Positions 39,379 through 53,766 are shown, counted from the stretch's first letter. The stretch is 64,000 nucleotides of DNA from Eledone cirrhosa (GCA_964016885.1 OZ024740.1:194184001-194248000); one strand, 5' to 3'. Notes: generated from the letters alone by a model not told the origin. Numbers and translations: made by a program.

Positions 39379-42274
39379 AATTAATTGTGGAACTCGAAGG
39401 GCAAATTCTTGTCCTCCATTTATATTATTATCATTTTCAATTGAGCAGAGGTTTGTTTATTTGTTTCACATTTTTTTTCAAATCCCGCACGCACGTGTCT
39501 TGTTTTTTTTTTTCTTCGATTTTTTTTCTTTTATTTCTTTTTTTTTTTGCAGATTACCAGTAACAAACTGGGGTCGATTTAATCGATTTTCCCCTCTCCT
39601 TCAAATTGGTCTTGTGTCTGAAGTAGAAATAATTATTATTGCTATTTTTGCTTTTGTTGTTGATGATGATGTTTATTTCTTCCCCAGTTTCATGCGAGTT
39701 TTTACTGCATCATCAGGTCCAAATCGAAGTTTCCTGGGTGGGCTCAGCATTTGCTATTTCTATTTTTTATGGAGGAGTGTTATAAACCTTTCCCAAAAGA
39801 CATTCTATCAGTGTAGAGTATGAATAATATAATGATTTGTGTTATTTCGTTGGGTAGTGAACGTGTTTCGTATGTGGTGTGTAATGAATGTTATGTTTTT
39901 CAGTGTATATCGAGTGAGACTTGTGCAGCATTAATACATTGCATCTATCGAGGATATGCTCTCGGCATGTTTCTGTTGTTATTGTTATATAAGACACGCC
40001 TAATCGATGTTGACTATGTCTATGAAAAGTATTTCTAAATATATATCCGGGGTGGTGTTTTACGTTTTGCTCAACAAAAGGATTTAGAAGTTGATTCCTT
40101 TCTAAACAAATGGACGAAATTATTAGTCAATTCCTTACATTATGATAATTATAAATTACGATCAATATTGGTTTTATATTTAGATTTGTTGCTACTGAGG
40201 TTTAGACGATGAGATATATTTTTTTTATGGGAATTAGTTGGGGAAATTAAGCAAATTGGCTCTAGCTGAGACTTATAATTGGATTGGGCTTTCAGCTTGA
40301 CGGAGCATATCACTATACTATGACACCCACTAATCTTATTCTATATATACTGTCACCACTGATTACAAACTTATTTAATTAAGAACCGTATTTCTCAAGT
40401 AAGCATTAATATTCATAATGTGTGGACAACGTTTATGATACACCGCTCTTTTCTCTTATGCCATGTAAACTAAGTGGGTATGTTGAAAGGTTCTCAATAC
40501 CTTTGTAGCTTCTTCGAGAAAATATAATTGAGAAATGGGTTAAAACGTGAATATTTCAGCACCCATGATGCTAAATGAATTTTAAAATGTTTAAAATTTC
40601 ATCAGTTTGTGAATATATTCTAAATCATATTTAATTCACACCAATAGTGGCGTTGAAACTATAATTGCATATTTCAAATATAACTAATACATTTGACAAG
40701 TTAGTTACTGCAAACTTGGCATACAAGGTTGCAATAAATTAGAAATTCTTAATTGAACTTTTATTGTTGTTGTTGTTTATTTGTTTCTCTGTTTGTTTGT
40801 TTTTTTTTGTTTTGTTTTTTTTTTGTCATTATAGTAAAGACGACTATCGTGATGAATTGCTACAATCCATTTTTCTAGGATATGCTATGAAATACGTCTA
40901 TGAAATAAGATTTCGAAAAGGGTATTTTTTATTTCAATATTTTGGCGTTTTCAAATTAAACAATATTAAAGGTTTTGAGAAATTGATATTATTTTGAATG
41001 TTTGATATTAATATATAGTTATATATTATTATTATTTTGTATTTACCTATTTATTTATGTATAATATAGTTTAATAAATTCACTGCTTTCAAAAACATAG
41101 ATATCTCAGATTCGTTAATTGATTTACTTTAGAGGTGGAAAGTTCAAGAGATTCTTTGGCCAATGACCAAAATTGTACTTTTCCATCTGCAGTATCTAAT
41201 TACAAGGATTAACTTCAGTAAGTGACTATCATGTTTCCAGATGATAGATAAGACCTAGTATTATATTAGTCAGCATTCACTGAAGCTTTGCTAACTGTCT
41301 GTAAAGATAAATACTGTAGGCATTCGATCATTTTTAATCTTGTAACAGATATTGGAATTTCAGTTTTAGAAAGATAATAGATGCGCGAGATTATATATAC
41401 ATTTAAGCTCTACCGCATGATATTTATGAGTAAGTATATTATATTCCGGCAAAATTAGATATGAAAACAATTCATATAACTAACATTCAAAATATATTTG
41501 TCCAATTAAAGAATTATGGAGCTAATTCCCGTCTTATATAAAGTATTGTTGTTGTTTTTTGTGTGAAAGATGCGATTATTAACAGAAGTATTTCCTACCA
41601 GGTATGTCATTAAAGGCTATCCTATTTCTACCTTGAATGTCAACAATATACATAGGCACTATATATATATATATGCGACAGAAAGGAAATAGGAGTTTCC
41701 ATTTTATGTAGGCTAATTTACATTTGTGTAAAATGGATATGCGAAACAAAAAATGGAAGAAGCAGCATACCGGTTAATTGTGCTGAACATGGTCGGTGGT
41801 GTTGTGTGATATGTGTATCTTGACGATAGGAGATGCATCATCGAGTATAGTACATTAAAAGTAATTTAAAGTGTATAAGGCAAAACTAAGCAGTCTGTTG
41901 AAATTCGAAGAAAGATTTATTGTATAAGAGTGTAACTTACACGTGTTACAATGCAGTTATTCAATCGCGTACGCGAGCTGAAAGATTATTTAATCTACTA
42001 TCCCCCAATGCTTATTTACATTACCATTTTATCAGAGAGGTCAAAAGGAAAATTAAAGCTCTGTGGACCAGGTCACATATATATAGTAATTCAAACATGC
42101 AGAGAAGACACATCCACAAAATATTTGTCGTCATATTAATCAGATTATAATCAAACGAATTTTAAAAAAAGAACATTTTAGGTCCATAATTCTGCTAAAA
42201 GCACAGATTAACATTTTGTCCAATGTACAAGGGACGAGGTTGGCATTTGTCGTCGGTGGACTGGTAGGGGAGGC

Positions 42275-42537
42275 TAAAAAATGCACCGATCTAGACAGAT
42301 ACATCCACGACAACCTCCACCTTATGCGATACATCATATCATAGAGAGGGTGGCTAGGGTATCTGGCACGGGTGGGGCCCTGATCAATTTAGATCAATCA
42401 AAGGCTTTCGATAGGTTCGACTATCGCTACCTCGCGTTTGTCATCAAAGCAGCCAGCTTCGGATCCGTTTTGAGGCCATCACGGGAGATCCGTGTCAGCA
42501 TATACCGACAACGTCACCGCAGTGGGGTCGAACACCA
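42275..42537 (+). mobile_element. Tx1-like RT fragment in the opposite orientation, internally deleted
   Basis: IIERVARVSGTGGALINLDQSKAFDRFDYRYL, then SAYTDNVT in another frame. Confidence 0.8.
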
Positions 42538-42587
42538 ATATACACTGGTGGTCATGACTGGACCCCGAAACCAATGGTAGCTATAAC

Positions 42588-42666
42588 GAGACAGACAGAC
42601 AGACAGATAGATATACAGATCGATCGATACATAGATAGATAGATAAATAGATAGATAAATAGATAT
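42588..42666. repeat. (GACA)n/(GATA)n microsatellite at the Tx1 3' junction
   Basis: Directly visible. Confidence 0.9.
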
Positions 42667-44251
42667 ATTTCCTTATTTGCCACAGAGCGTACAAAAATAG
42701 GACATTAAAAGACGTGACGGCGGGGGTTTTACATAAAAATAACTTTAACATTAATAAATAACAATAAACTATATATAATAAAATAACAATTGAAATCCCC
42801 AATAGGGGGGAACGTTACTGCAGGGTTGTTTTACACCCCTTGGATAGAACAAACCTCAACACCAGGAGCACGTTTTGTAGGTGTTCCTGACTTCCCTCTG
42901 TTTATCTTCCTCAACCTACAGGTTTATATACAGAGAAGGCCCATTCACCGGGCCATTTTTGCTACATTCACCCACCGTTCAGCGAATTTACTGGGCTGTA
43001 GCACCTCTCTCTCCACTCTCACCTTCCTTCTGAAGTGGTACTCAGAGAAGGGGATTAGTTGTTGTCCGGAGAGAAAGGTGTTTGCCCTCAGTCCTTTTAA
43101 CCTCGTCCACCATATTACCTCTTTCGCCATAGCCACCAGACAGAGGAGAACCGCCTCTCCTTCGTTCTTAAATGAAGGCGGCGGGGTGATCTTCACGATG
43201 GACTCGGCTCACACGTGACAGCAGCTGTTCGACATAATTCCAAAGGTCGGTCACCCCTCGGCACTGAACAATTGCGTGCAGAACGGCTTCGATGTCCTGC
43301 TCGCATCTTGGACAGATCCTTTTGGCAGGGTATCTGCCAGCGCGTCCGTGCCTGTAGATTATGTCTCGAACTGGTAGAGATCCTCGGTAGCACTGCCAGG
43401 CCAGTGACTTCTGGAAGTTATTCATAGGCCAGCCCTGGACGGATAGTCCTCCCGAACAGACTGGTCAGTTCGTCCTCCTCGATGCCTAGAGTTTCCCTGA
43501 GAACGTCGTCGCACTTATCCTCCACTAATCCTCTATAGAATGTCGAAGTGGAGTCTTCGCTGATTGCCGTTTCCGCTTGGTAGAGGGCTATGAGCGCATG
43601 TACGCACTAGAGGTGCCAGGCACCCATTTTCGGTTTCGCTTGACTCAGGACTGCAGCTCTGTTAGTGAGACGCGTTGTGGAAGAGCTTGTCTCACAAACG
43701 ACAGCCACGCCGGTTCACCGGTCAGGAATACCTGGAGATGGTGTAGCCTCAGCGCATGTTTGCGTATCATCAGCCTCGGCATGCCCAGCCCTCCGTTAGA
43801 AGGTTGTTGACAGCAGATGGATCTTCTCACCAATGGAGCCTGTTTCTTCCAGAGGTACTTGATGAGTAGGCGTTCCATTTAGGTAAGATATTCGCGGGGG
43901 CAAGGCACGACTGTCAAGCGGTAGTAGATGACGGACGCTTTGTAAGTCTTCTCCACCTCCGCTCGACCTTTCAAGGAGGCTTGCACTCAGCCCACTTCTG
44001 GGTGAGTGCAAACACCTTCGCCGTGACGTCGTTCCAATTCTTGCCCACTGGAGGTCTGGACCGAACTAGACCCCGAGCAATTTCACCGGTCCTTCCGTCC
44101 AGCGTCCAACGACCCTGTCGGAAGGTTTGCCTCTCCATGTGCCGAGTTGCAAACCGACAGACTTGTTTGGGTTTAGTCTTGCTCCTGTCAACGTTTCGTA
44201 TTCCTGTAATAGGTTGCCGATTACCCTTATTTCCGAGGTTTTCGACACCAT
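42667..44251 (-). mobile_element. 5'-truncated Tx1-like LINE (second subfamily)
   Basis: MVSKTSEI...WTEGPVKLLGV, GGLGMP, LAWQCYRGSLPVRD...CPRCEQDIEAVLHAIVQC (zf-RVT/CCHC). The 3' UTR is similar to that of the copy at 44271. Confidence 0.9.
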
Positions 44252-44474
44252 TAGATAGATAGATAGATAAGTTTCTATTTATTTGTCACGAGGGCACAAA
44301 AGAAGGGGACAAATACAACGGGGGGAGTTTACATAAAAGAACGTGTAAAAAAACAAATAACAAATATGAAATTAACAATACAGTCCTCAATAGGGAGGAG
44401 GCGTTTGGGGGGGGTCAACCCTTTTCCTTAGGAGCACAAAGAGAGGGTGCTTCTTTGCACTTCTACCTTTCCAC

Positions 44475-47400
44475 CTACAGGCTGATAAAGAGAGAAGGCC
44501 CATTCACACGGGCCATTCTCGCTACTTTCACCCACCTATCATAAATCTTGCTGGGGTAGAGCACCTCTATCTCCATTCTGATCCTTCTCTTAAAATGGTA
44601 TTTAAAGAAAAGGACCAGTAGTTGGCCGAAGAGAAAGGTGTCCGACCTCAGCCCTTTCAAACGTCTCCACCATACCACCTCTTTCACCATGGCTATTACA
44701 CAGAGGAAGACCGCCTCTCCTTCATTTTTGAAGGGGAGAGGCGGGTTGATCGTTACAATGGACTCGGTGGTCAACCGGATTGGTCCCACCCGTGACAGCA
44801 GTCGTTCGACATAGTCCCACAGATCGGCAACGCCCGAGCAGTGTACCAAGGGACAGATCTTTTTCGAGGGGTCCCTACCCGGGCGCCCGTGTCTGTAGAA
44901 CTTTTCTCGAACGGGCAGCGCCCCTCGGTAGCACTGAAAGGCCAGGGACCTCTGGAAGTTATCATAGTTCCCGGGACAAATGTCCTACCGTTAGGCTGGC
45001 CAATTCGTCATCTTCCATGCCTAGGGCTTCTCCGAGGGCCTCGTCGCACCTACTAATCACCAGCCCTCTATAGAATGACGAGGTGGAGTCTCCACCGATA
45101 GCCGGGTCCGCCTGCCAGAGAGCCGTGAGCGCCTGGGCACACGCGGTGTGTCAGGCGCCCAGTTTTCTCGGTCTTTGCTTGACCCAGGACTGCGGCTCGC
45201 CGCACAACGGGGCCCACACCGGTTGACCTGTGAGGAATACCTGGAGGTGCCGTAGTCTTAATGCCAGTTTCCGCATCAGCAGCCACGGCATCCCCAGCCC
45301 TCCTTTCGAAGGGTGTTGACAGCAGATGGATCTCCTCACCAAAGGAGCCCGCTGCTTCCAAAGGAATTGGAAGAGTGAGCGCTCCATTTTGGTGAGCGTT
45401 TCCCTTGAGCAAGGCACGACGGTCAGGCGGTAATAGATGACGGACGCTATATAAGTGTTCGCCACCTCCGCTCGACCTTTCAGGGATAGTTTGAACTCGG
45501 CCTACTTCTGAGTCAGCGCAAACACCCTGTTCGATACCTCACCCCAGTTCTTCTCCACCTGGAGGTCTGGCCCGAACCAGACTCCGAGCAACTTCACCGG
45601 GCCCTCCGTCCAACGTCCGACGACGCCGTTGGAGGCCATTGGTTTGGCCCTCCACTCGCCAAGTTTTAAACCGACTGACTTGTCCCGGTTCAGCTTAGCC
45701 CCTGTAAACCTTTCGTATTTCTCCAGTAAGGTGCCGATCACCCCGATTTCCGAGGCGGTTGACACCATTACTGTCACGTCATCGGCGTAGGCCGACACCT
45801 CTTTCCGCAAAACCGGTTCCAAAGGGATGCCCCGTAACAACTCCACTTCCGCAGCAGTGGTTCCAGGGCCAATACATACAGAAGGGAGGAGAGAGGGCAT
45901 CCCTGTCGGATTGACCGCGTGTTTCGAACGGCTCCGAGAGGTAGCCGTTCACCTTGACCCTACAGCAAATGCGGCTGCTGTGCATGGCAGTGATCCATCT
46001 CCTGAAAACGGGTCCGAAACCTTCCGCCACTAGCACCGCATCCAGGTAACGATGGTCGACCCTTAGATTGATCCAAGTTGATCAGGGCTCCACAAAAGCC
46101 GGGTTCGTTCCCAACCCTCTCTATGATGTATCGCAAGAGGTGGAGGTTGTCGTGAATGGACCTGGACGGGATGGCGCATGTCTGAGCATCTCCCACCAGG
46201 TTGACACGACAAGCGCCAACCTATTTGCTAACACCTTGGCCAAAATCTTTAACTCTGCATGCATTTAGCAGAGATATGGGCCTGAAATTACTATTTCAAA
46301 CCCCTTGTTCTCGTCCTTCCTCACTAGCGAGACTACGCCCTTGGTCACAGAACAGGGAATTCTCCCGTTCTGTTGCCAGTTGCAGTAGACCGCCTCGAGG
46401 AGATCGAAGAACAATTCGAGCATACTTAAATACAGTTCGTATGGAAGACCATCGAGGCCCGGAGATTTGCGTCTTCCGCATTGGCTCAGCACGTCCCCTA
46501 TTTCAGCAGCTGAGGTCGGCCTCTCGCAGGACTTCGCCTCCTCGTCCCAAAGACGCGGCAGGGCGTCGAGGTATGGACCGAAGTCAACATCCCCATCCGG
46601 CACCTCGCCCCTTCCGAACAATCGGGCAAAGTGCCTTTGAAAGGCCTCGCACATATGCTTAGGTTCAAGGATCACCCGTCCATCCTGGTCTCACAAAGAC
46701 CGGATAGTGGATCTAATGCCACTTTTGGCTTCTGTCACGCGGGCCCAGATAACAGCTTTGGTCCCCTCGTTTCCCAGAGCACGTATTTCGCTTCGGACAA
46801 CGCAGCATTCGTGTTTTGCGTCGAAGAACTGGCCCCAGGCCGTTCTCGACGCTAGCAGTCTGGCTACGTTGCCGCTTCTAATTGCCTCTTCTACACTATC
46901 TACCAACTCTCTTTCCTTCCTATTTCTATCTGAGGCTAACTCCTTACTAACTCCTATTGAAGATACTCTAATCTCTCTTTTGAGAGAGCCCCACCACCTG
47001 CTGTTGACGATGGCGCCCGTCAACCGCTTCTTAACTAAAGTACTTACCCGGTCCCTGTAAGCTTTACTTGCCGGTAAGGCTTCCAGTAACCGGGTCCCTG
47101 TTTATGCGTTCTATCATGGTTGACCATGCAGGTAACTAACTTGTGGTCTGAATAGCCAACCTTGAGCATTTCTGGACAAATTAAAAAGTCCCTATCCTTA
47201 TTTCTGACTAAGAACCTATCTAGGTACGATCTAGATGACTGCTATGGTTTGTCCAAGTCCAGGTTGGCACAGTCGGAAAATCTAGTCGATATCTAACGGC
47301 CAGGTCGAATCGGCCGATTAACATCTTGAGGCTGTTACAACCCCCTCTATCGGGACATGCCCCTACATAGTCCCAACGTGGCATCTTGGATACCATCCAG

Positions 47401-47846
47401 TCCCCCACTAAAAGCAAGGAGCGGGACGTCCCTAGAAAAGTCTCCAGACGATGGAAGAAGTCCGCCCGCGTTGACCCAAAAGGGCCGTAGACGGCGACCA
47501 GCCTAAAAGCTCCGCCTTCACCACTGCCAAGATCCAGAACCACTAGTCGACCCTCCGGGTCCAAGTGTAAAGTCTGTGTAGCGAGATCCAGATGTTTTTG
47601 CAGCAGAACGACAACGCCACTCCCACCCCCGGGCTGACAGAGAGATGCGTGCATCTCAAAGTCATCAAAGGTGGGGGCTAGCTGTCGCATGCTGCTGATC
47701 CGGACCTCGCAAATAACCATCACATTTATACATCGTGACCTGAGGTCATTTAGAAGCATTGCTTGCTTCCAAGGTGAGCCCAGGCCACGCGCATTTAGAC
47801 AACCTACTCTCAACACAGCCATGTTGGTGGTAAAGAGAAAAGGCAC
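44475..47846 (-). pseudogene. Tx1 ORF2: APE endonuclease plus reverse transcriptase (disrupted)
   Basis: CLNARGL, VICE, LVAVYGP, LVGDW, KSPGLDGLPYELY, LINLDQSK, SAYADDV, KGGLGMP; split over several frames. Confidence 0.9.
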
Positions 47847-47849
47847 TTA

Positions 47850-49763
47850 CCTCTCTGTGTCCCGGGGACCGGGCCGCACAATTTCCATGGGGTGGGGGAA
47901 GGGTTATTGGGTAGGGTGGTGGTTTGGGGAAGTGTAGGGGCATCTGTGTGTGGTGGGGTTGGGGTGTTTGGAGATGTGTGGGTCTCTGGGGGGCGGGGAT
48001 TTTTTAGGAGGACATGGTTAATGGGTCTGACGAAGGGGGGCCCCACGTCCTCTTTAAAAGTGTCTTTTAAAGTTTTGTAAATGTCTATTGGGACTTTTAT
48101 CATGTTTAGATGGGGAAGCCCCGTTGCTTGTGCGAAATTCGATCCTTCGGTTTATATTAAGTTGTTATTATAAATAACGTTTAACAGTTTTTTGTTTATT
48201 GTGTTTATGTAAGTGTATGCATATTTTTCTTTTTGTGTGATGTTTTTTGTTTGCTGTAGTGTTTTTTTGTATTGATGTCTGTGTTATGTATTGGGGAGGG
48301 GTTGTTTGTATTTGTGTTCCCATGGTGTGTTTTATTTTTTTTATTTTAACTTTATGAAAGTATCCCCCCCCCCCCACATTAATCTTCTGACGATGAAAGG
48401 GGGTCGTCTTCCGTATTCAAGGGGAGGGGTACATTTTCGGCTCGTATTTGTGGTGTGGGTGTTATTGTATTTGTTTTCCAAGTGGGGGGATGGGGGGGTA
48501 TTGTTTTCAGTTGTGTTTTAACTTGTGGTGTTAGTTGTTTTTGTGGTGGAGGTTGTGTTGGTAGTTGTTGGTGTGGGCAAAATCGGTGTTTTTTGTTTGC
48601 TTGGGAACAGGCAGCCCTCAGGTGACCTCTACCACCACAGAGGTAACAAGCTGGTGACCTCTACCCTCCACTGTGATGTGTAAGTAGGCAAGCCCATCCA
48701 GCAATACGCAGTTGGGGATCCTAGCAATTTGTTCTGGCTGCATTTGCACCAGAACTTGCAGGCTAGTTCCACCGAACACGTTGCTGGAAGACTTACCTAC
48801 CGAAATTACTGCATCCTCTTTCAAGTCGAAGAGGCCACACAGTACCTCCCAGTAATCAATATCTGGTTCGATACTGTGTATGGTCAATCTTTGCGTTCTT
48901 CTTCCCAAATAAGTGGGGAAGAAGGTAAATAAGGGGGACACAATTGGGTCTAGGGAATGTTTTTCGGCCGTCAATTTATCTTTCATTCGGATGGATAGAC
49001 TACCGTAGAATCTATCCTTCCGAATGAATCCAATGTTTTTCAGATGATCTTTTAAAGCCAGTTCAATCTATGTCTGTGTGAGTTGTACTGGCTTACGGGT
49101 TTTGTTGGATATTGTCCTATAAATAATAGTTTTTAAGCTATTTTCCTTTTTTAGCTCTGGGGGAGAATTTAAAGAAAATAGACCATTCTCCTCCAAAGTT
49201 ACATACTTCCGTGCATTTTCCATTTGCTGGGCCATGTTCGAAATGGCAATATGTTCATAAACAATGGTTTTTTTGGTAGTTTGAGCGAACGTCATTTTGT
49301 TCGCCACCTCTTTGTTTACATTTGTCGAAATGTGGTTGTTTTCTTGTTTTTTGTTACAACTTAAATTTGTTGTTGTGTTTGTGTTATTTATGTTGGTGTA
49401 TGCATCCACATTGTTTTCCCCGTTGGGATTAGACTCCATTTTTTCAAAATGTTCACTTATATTTTCAGTATCCGAGAGACTTGTAGTCACAGCTACTACT
49501 CCTCTTTCACCTTTGCTGGTGGGCGTGGCAGTGTGAAAAGTCGAAACGGCATCCATTAATGTTGGCAATTTATCCGAGTCAATTTTTTTCACATTTTTTT
49601 CATTAGGGTTAGGCTCCATTTTTTCAATATTTCTAATAATGATTATTCTTTCAGTAGGGAGGCTTGTTGCCTCAGCTACCCGCTCTCCTTCAGTTTGTTT
49701 AGTGGGCGTGTCATCGTTACCTATGGTAATGGCTTCCATTACCACTAGCGTAGATACAATCAC
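47850..49763 (-). pseudogene. Tx1 ORF1 (gag-like with zinc knuckle), disrupted
   Basis: ORFs 49068-49763 and 48618-48986; a shifted frame near 48610-48655 reads CYLCGGRGHLRAAC (CX2CX4HX4C). The 3' boundary is approximate. Confidence 0.8.
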
Positions 49764-49989
49764 AATATTTTTTTAGGATGAAAAAGTTCACCCCAAAAGA
49801 GGTGAAATAAATTAATCCTAATGTCCGAAGACCCAGGCAAGGGTGTTAATTAACACAATAACGCAAGAGTACAGACAAACACTTACTGTTAACACGTAAT
49901 ATATCCAATAACAGAGGAGCCGATGTGAAGCACATCTATACCATCCGAAGATATATAGATAGATAGACATTATTCAATTTTATATCATT

Positions 49990-50560
49990 TATCAATAAAG
50001 CTAATCCAGCACTGCCTTTCCACTGTTGTATAATAACCTGTTGTGTATTACTCTTTAACATTCCGTCTTAATTCCCGAACTCCAAATTTTGTCAACCCAT
50101 CTAAATCATTCCTTGATATTGTTTGTTGTAGTCCTTTGATTCGTTTGTTGTCTTTTGACATCAAGTGTGTCAGCATTTTTACCAAATTATTGTCACTTAC
50201 CTCCTGGTGATTTTCTGCTCATCTTCACTTTATTATACAGAATGGGAGTATGTCTATGTTGTTTTATTTTCTTAATATGTTATTCAAGCATAATGAGTTA
50301 TTGCGCATGTTGAGGTTTTTGGCAGTTTCATGTTTCTGCGGCGTACGTATATTGGATGATGAATCATTGGTTGAACACTTGTCTGTAAATGCTTTGATGC
50401 ATTCTGCATTCGACATTCAAGTATGGAACTTTATTCCGCGGACTAAGTTAATACGCCATTTGATTTATTATTTACTTGGATTCTATGTTGTAATTTGGTC
50501 AAGCTAGGTATGGCTGTTTATTATTTTATTAATGTTTTGTAATGGTTAAGGTTGTCGCAT
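49990..50560 (-). mobile_element. Old LINE remnant
   Basis: QYTYAAET* resembles the post-RT YxxETW motif; otherwise decayed. Confidence 0.35.
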
Positions 50561-51568
50561 TGATAAATATGTGTATAGGGTAGTGTATTTGTGTGATCGT
50601 TAGAGCGTCAGCAAAAGTACCTTAGAACGTTTAGTTACGGGTCTTTACATTCTGAATAAAATTCCCTCCACTGTCAGCTTTGCCTTTCATCCTCCTGGGA
50701 TTGCTACAATAAAATCGATGCATCCAAGTACTTTCATCGATTATATCATCTTCCTAAATTTGCACAAACGTAGAAAGCAATATTTTGATGTAGTTATTTA
50801 CAGATAGGTTCAATGAACTATCAAGTGTTAACTAATTACATTTTAGAAACAGCGCTGTGATATCGATAAGACTGTAACATCTATTCGTTTACTTGAAACT
50901 CTGTGTTGTATCACTGGAAATATGACTTCATATTAAATAACTTATATGTTCATAGGTTTGGATAACTATTATCTGTTCTCATAATTGATGAGTAATGTGA
51001 ACACGATAAGCATGAAACTAATTGCAAGTACCAATGTTCAAGCCATACGAAATTGAATCTATTGAATAAAATTGTAACAATGAAGGCATGTCCAATATGA
51101 CAATAATATATACTAATTGCTCGATATGAATAAATTACGGCAAAGAGCCAGTATTTGTAAATCATTGAACCAATTGAGGAGTGGGTTAAGAAGATACTTA
51201 TTCTGACTTTTCACCTGCATCGTGTTCAAGGCCACGGCGCTTATTTTGCAACGTCCCTGTCTACGGAATTCTATTTAGGTACCATATATTATTTGCTCAC
51301 AGTCAGTAGTAACATTGTAATACTAATGTCTTATAATGATAAATTTTCGACATCTCTATATGATGATGAATACATGATATACTCTGATAAATGGATAGAA
51401 TAAAAATTATTGTAGAAAAGGGATTTTGATGTTCTATATTGCAGCTTAAAATAGCATAGTCCCTTTCACAACTGGATATAGCATTATCCAGGGGGATATA
51501 TTGCAGTGTCAGAAATATATTTCACTTTAAACCATCGACTGTTTTTAATGAAAATTATCATTATTGCA

Positions 51569-51755
51569 CATCGTGGTGTATTGGCAGTATCGGTAGAGGG
51601 ACGGACGCCAGCTTTGCAGCATAGAGTTAGGGCCTTTTACCGTATGTGTTCAAATTCCGTCGAGGTTGACTCTGCTTTTCATCCATATTGGTCGATAAAA
51701 TAAAGCCCCAGAAGTGCACTGGGATAATTGCTGGCCTTGTGTCAAAACTAGAAAC
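51569..51755 (+). mobile_element. SINE family A with ~16-bp TSD
   Basis: Flanks aattatcattattgca / aattaccattattgca. Confidence 0.8.
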
Positions 51756-52904
51756 AATTACCATTATTGCATCTATTGAGTCATGAGCTATACAGCAGTC
51801 TCTTTCACTGTGAATATTTCCCAAACACATAAATGTCTCTGGATGTAGAAATCAACATATATTTATCACAAAGTAAATACATATTTGTATTTAATATATA
51901 AATTTTACTATGTATAAAAGTATTTCATTTATCTTCAATCAAGACATCAATGCTGTATACAGTTTAGAGAAGGCAGCTTTTTCCTCTCAATTCACAGCCT
52001 CACAATACAGACACTATACCTCTGTCAGGCTTGCTAATCTATTGCAACAATGGTACGGAGTGTCGCTTACACACAATAGTTTATAATCAAGATATAACTT
52101 CATAAAATATAGCAAAGTCCTCAGCTAAATGGCAACTAAAACAAATAGGACACAGACATCTTACTATATTTATAACTGTGTAGCGACGTTCAAACATAAG
52201 CTATTAATATTATACTTATTGATAATGCAATAGAAATTAGTATTTCCTGAAAGTATTATTTTGTAAATGTCTGGATGAAATTATATAAGTAAATTGATTC
52301 CTTAAAAATGACTTCTACAAACATACTTCGAGATGTATACTTACTGCAAATAGCTTAGTTCCATTATATTCTGCTGCGATACTGTTTAATGTTTGATACT
52401 GTTTAATGTTCAATATTCTAATTCAATATTTTTCTGGTATTTACACTCCATTTTCTTCGTTGTTGTCATACAAATATATACATAAATAGTAGTTATATTT
52501 TGACTGCTTTTTATCTAAATGGGATTAGATTAAAATTTTAATCAGTAATCTTATGACATACCGGATGATGAGTGTTTTCTAAATATTATGCAGAATTGTG
52601 TGTGGAATTTATATATAGTCAATATATGTAATATGAAACTGTATAAACATACAAAAGGCAAAATATATAAACCAATAACTCATCAAAATTGCACAAACAA
52701 ACATATTTTCATATAAATACATACGCGAAATAGAAACGAACATTATGTTTGTTAGATAACTATATATACTAAAGCTGTTTTAGGTTATTAAGGAAACAGA
52801 CATCCCCAAAGAAATTGTTCTGAAACTTGTTAGAAGAAATGTTAGAAAGCCCTCCCATAAATATATATATGTATCTGTATATATGTATGTTTCTTTTATT
52901 TATT

Positions 52905-52982
<78 letters not shown>

Positions 52983-53124
52983 GTCCATCTCTGGACATGC
53001 TTTACTCTATAGTATTTTGCTCTGATTGTTTAATTTATTAATTCTTCAGTGAGCCACGTCGTGAATAGTTGACAAAATACATATATACCTGTGACTTTGT
53101 GTAATTGGTGTATGTGTAAATATT

Positions 53125-53227
<103 letters not shown>

Positions 53228-53441
53228 TATATATAATAAGAAAAGGCGAAGGAGTTTCAGATGTTAAAATCCTTTATTGATAAGGCTTAGATACATATTA
53301 CAATGACGACAGTGGTCACACGATTCCGCCTAGCATGTACCATGATCTCATCAGACGGCTTGTTGCATAGATAGGTTACGTTCTCGAGGCAAAAAGTACG
53401 TAGAGTGCTTGAATTGAATTGCATCAATGCTTACCCTAAGA

Positions 53442-53473
<32 letters not shown>

Positions 53474-53550
53474 AAGGAATTGTGGTAAGGAACCAGATGG
53501 ACCATAACGCTCCAGAGTACTCAATACTTAGGGTAGTAGAGTGGGAATAG

Positions 53551-53655
53551 GAAAAGTATGACCCCGACGGCAGAGCTCAAGCCGTTTCGACGGCTAGTAG
53601 TCCAGAATTAGCCGTCAAAATGGTTTGAGCTCTGCCGTCGGGGTCATACTTTTTC
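53551..53655. repeat. Fold-back inverted repeat at the end of a TA-flanked insert
   Basis: 'aaaagtatgaccccgacggcagagctcaa...ttgagctctgccgtcggggtcatactttt'. Confidence 0.9.
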
Positions 53656-53766
53656 ATATATATATATATATATATATATGGAAAGTTATATTTAAAATTG
53701 TTGGGTTACAACTAGTAAATATTTATAACTGATATAAAAGCACTCGACAAATATTTGGAGTATATT

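Larger units (their letters stand above)
44271..49949 (-). mobile_element. Near full-length Tx1/L1-clade LINE (~5.7 kb), frameshifted
   Basis: 5' UTR, ORF1, ORF2 (APE, RT, zinc finger) and 3' UTR; (GATA)n at both ends. Confidence 0.92.

Noticed and set aside
41780-42270. Possible CR1-like LINE 3' end (RAERLFNLLSP)
   Set aside because: Similarity too weak to support by eye.
53300-53362. Minus-strand CTGATGAG in a TA-flanked insert
   Set aside because: No properly placed GAAA or stem I; too degenerate to call.
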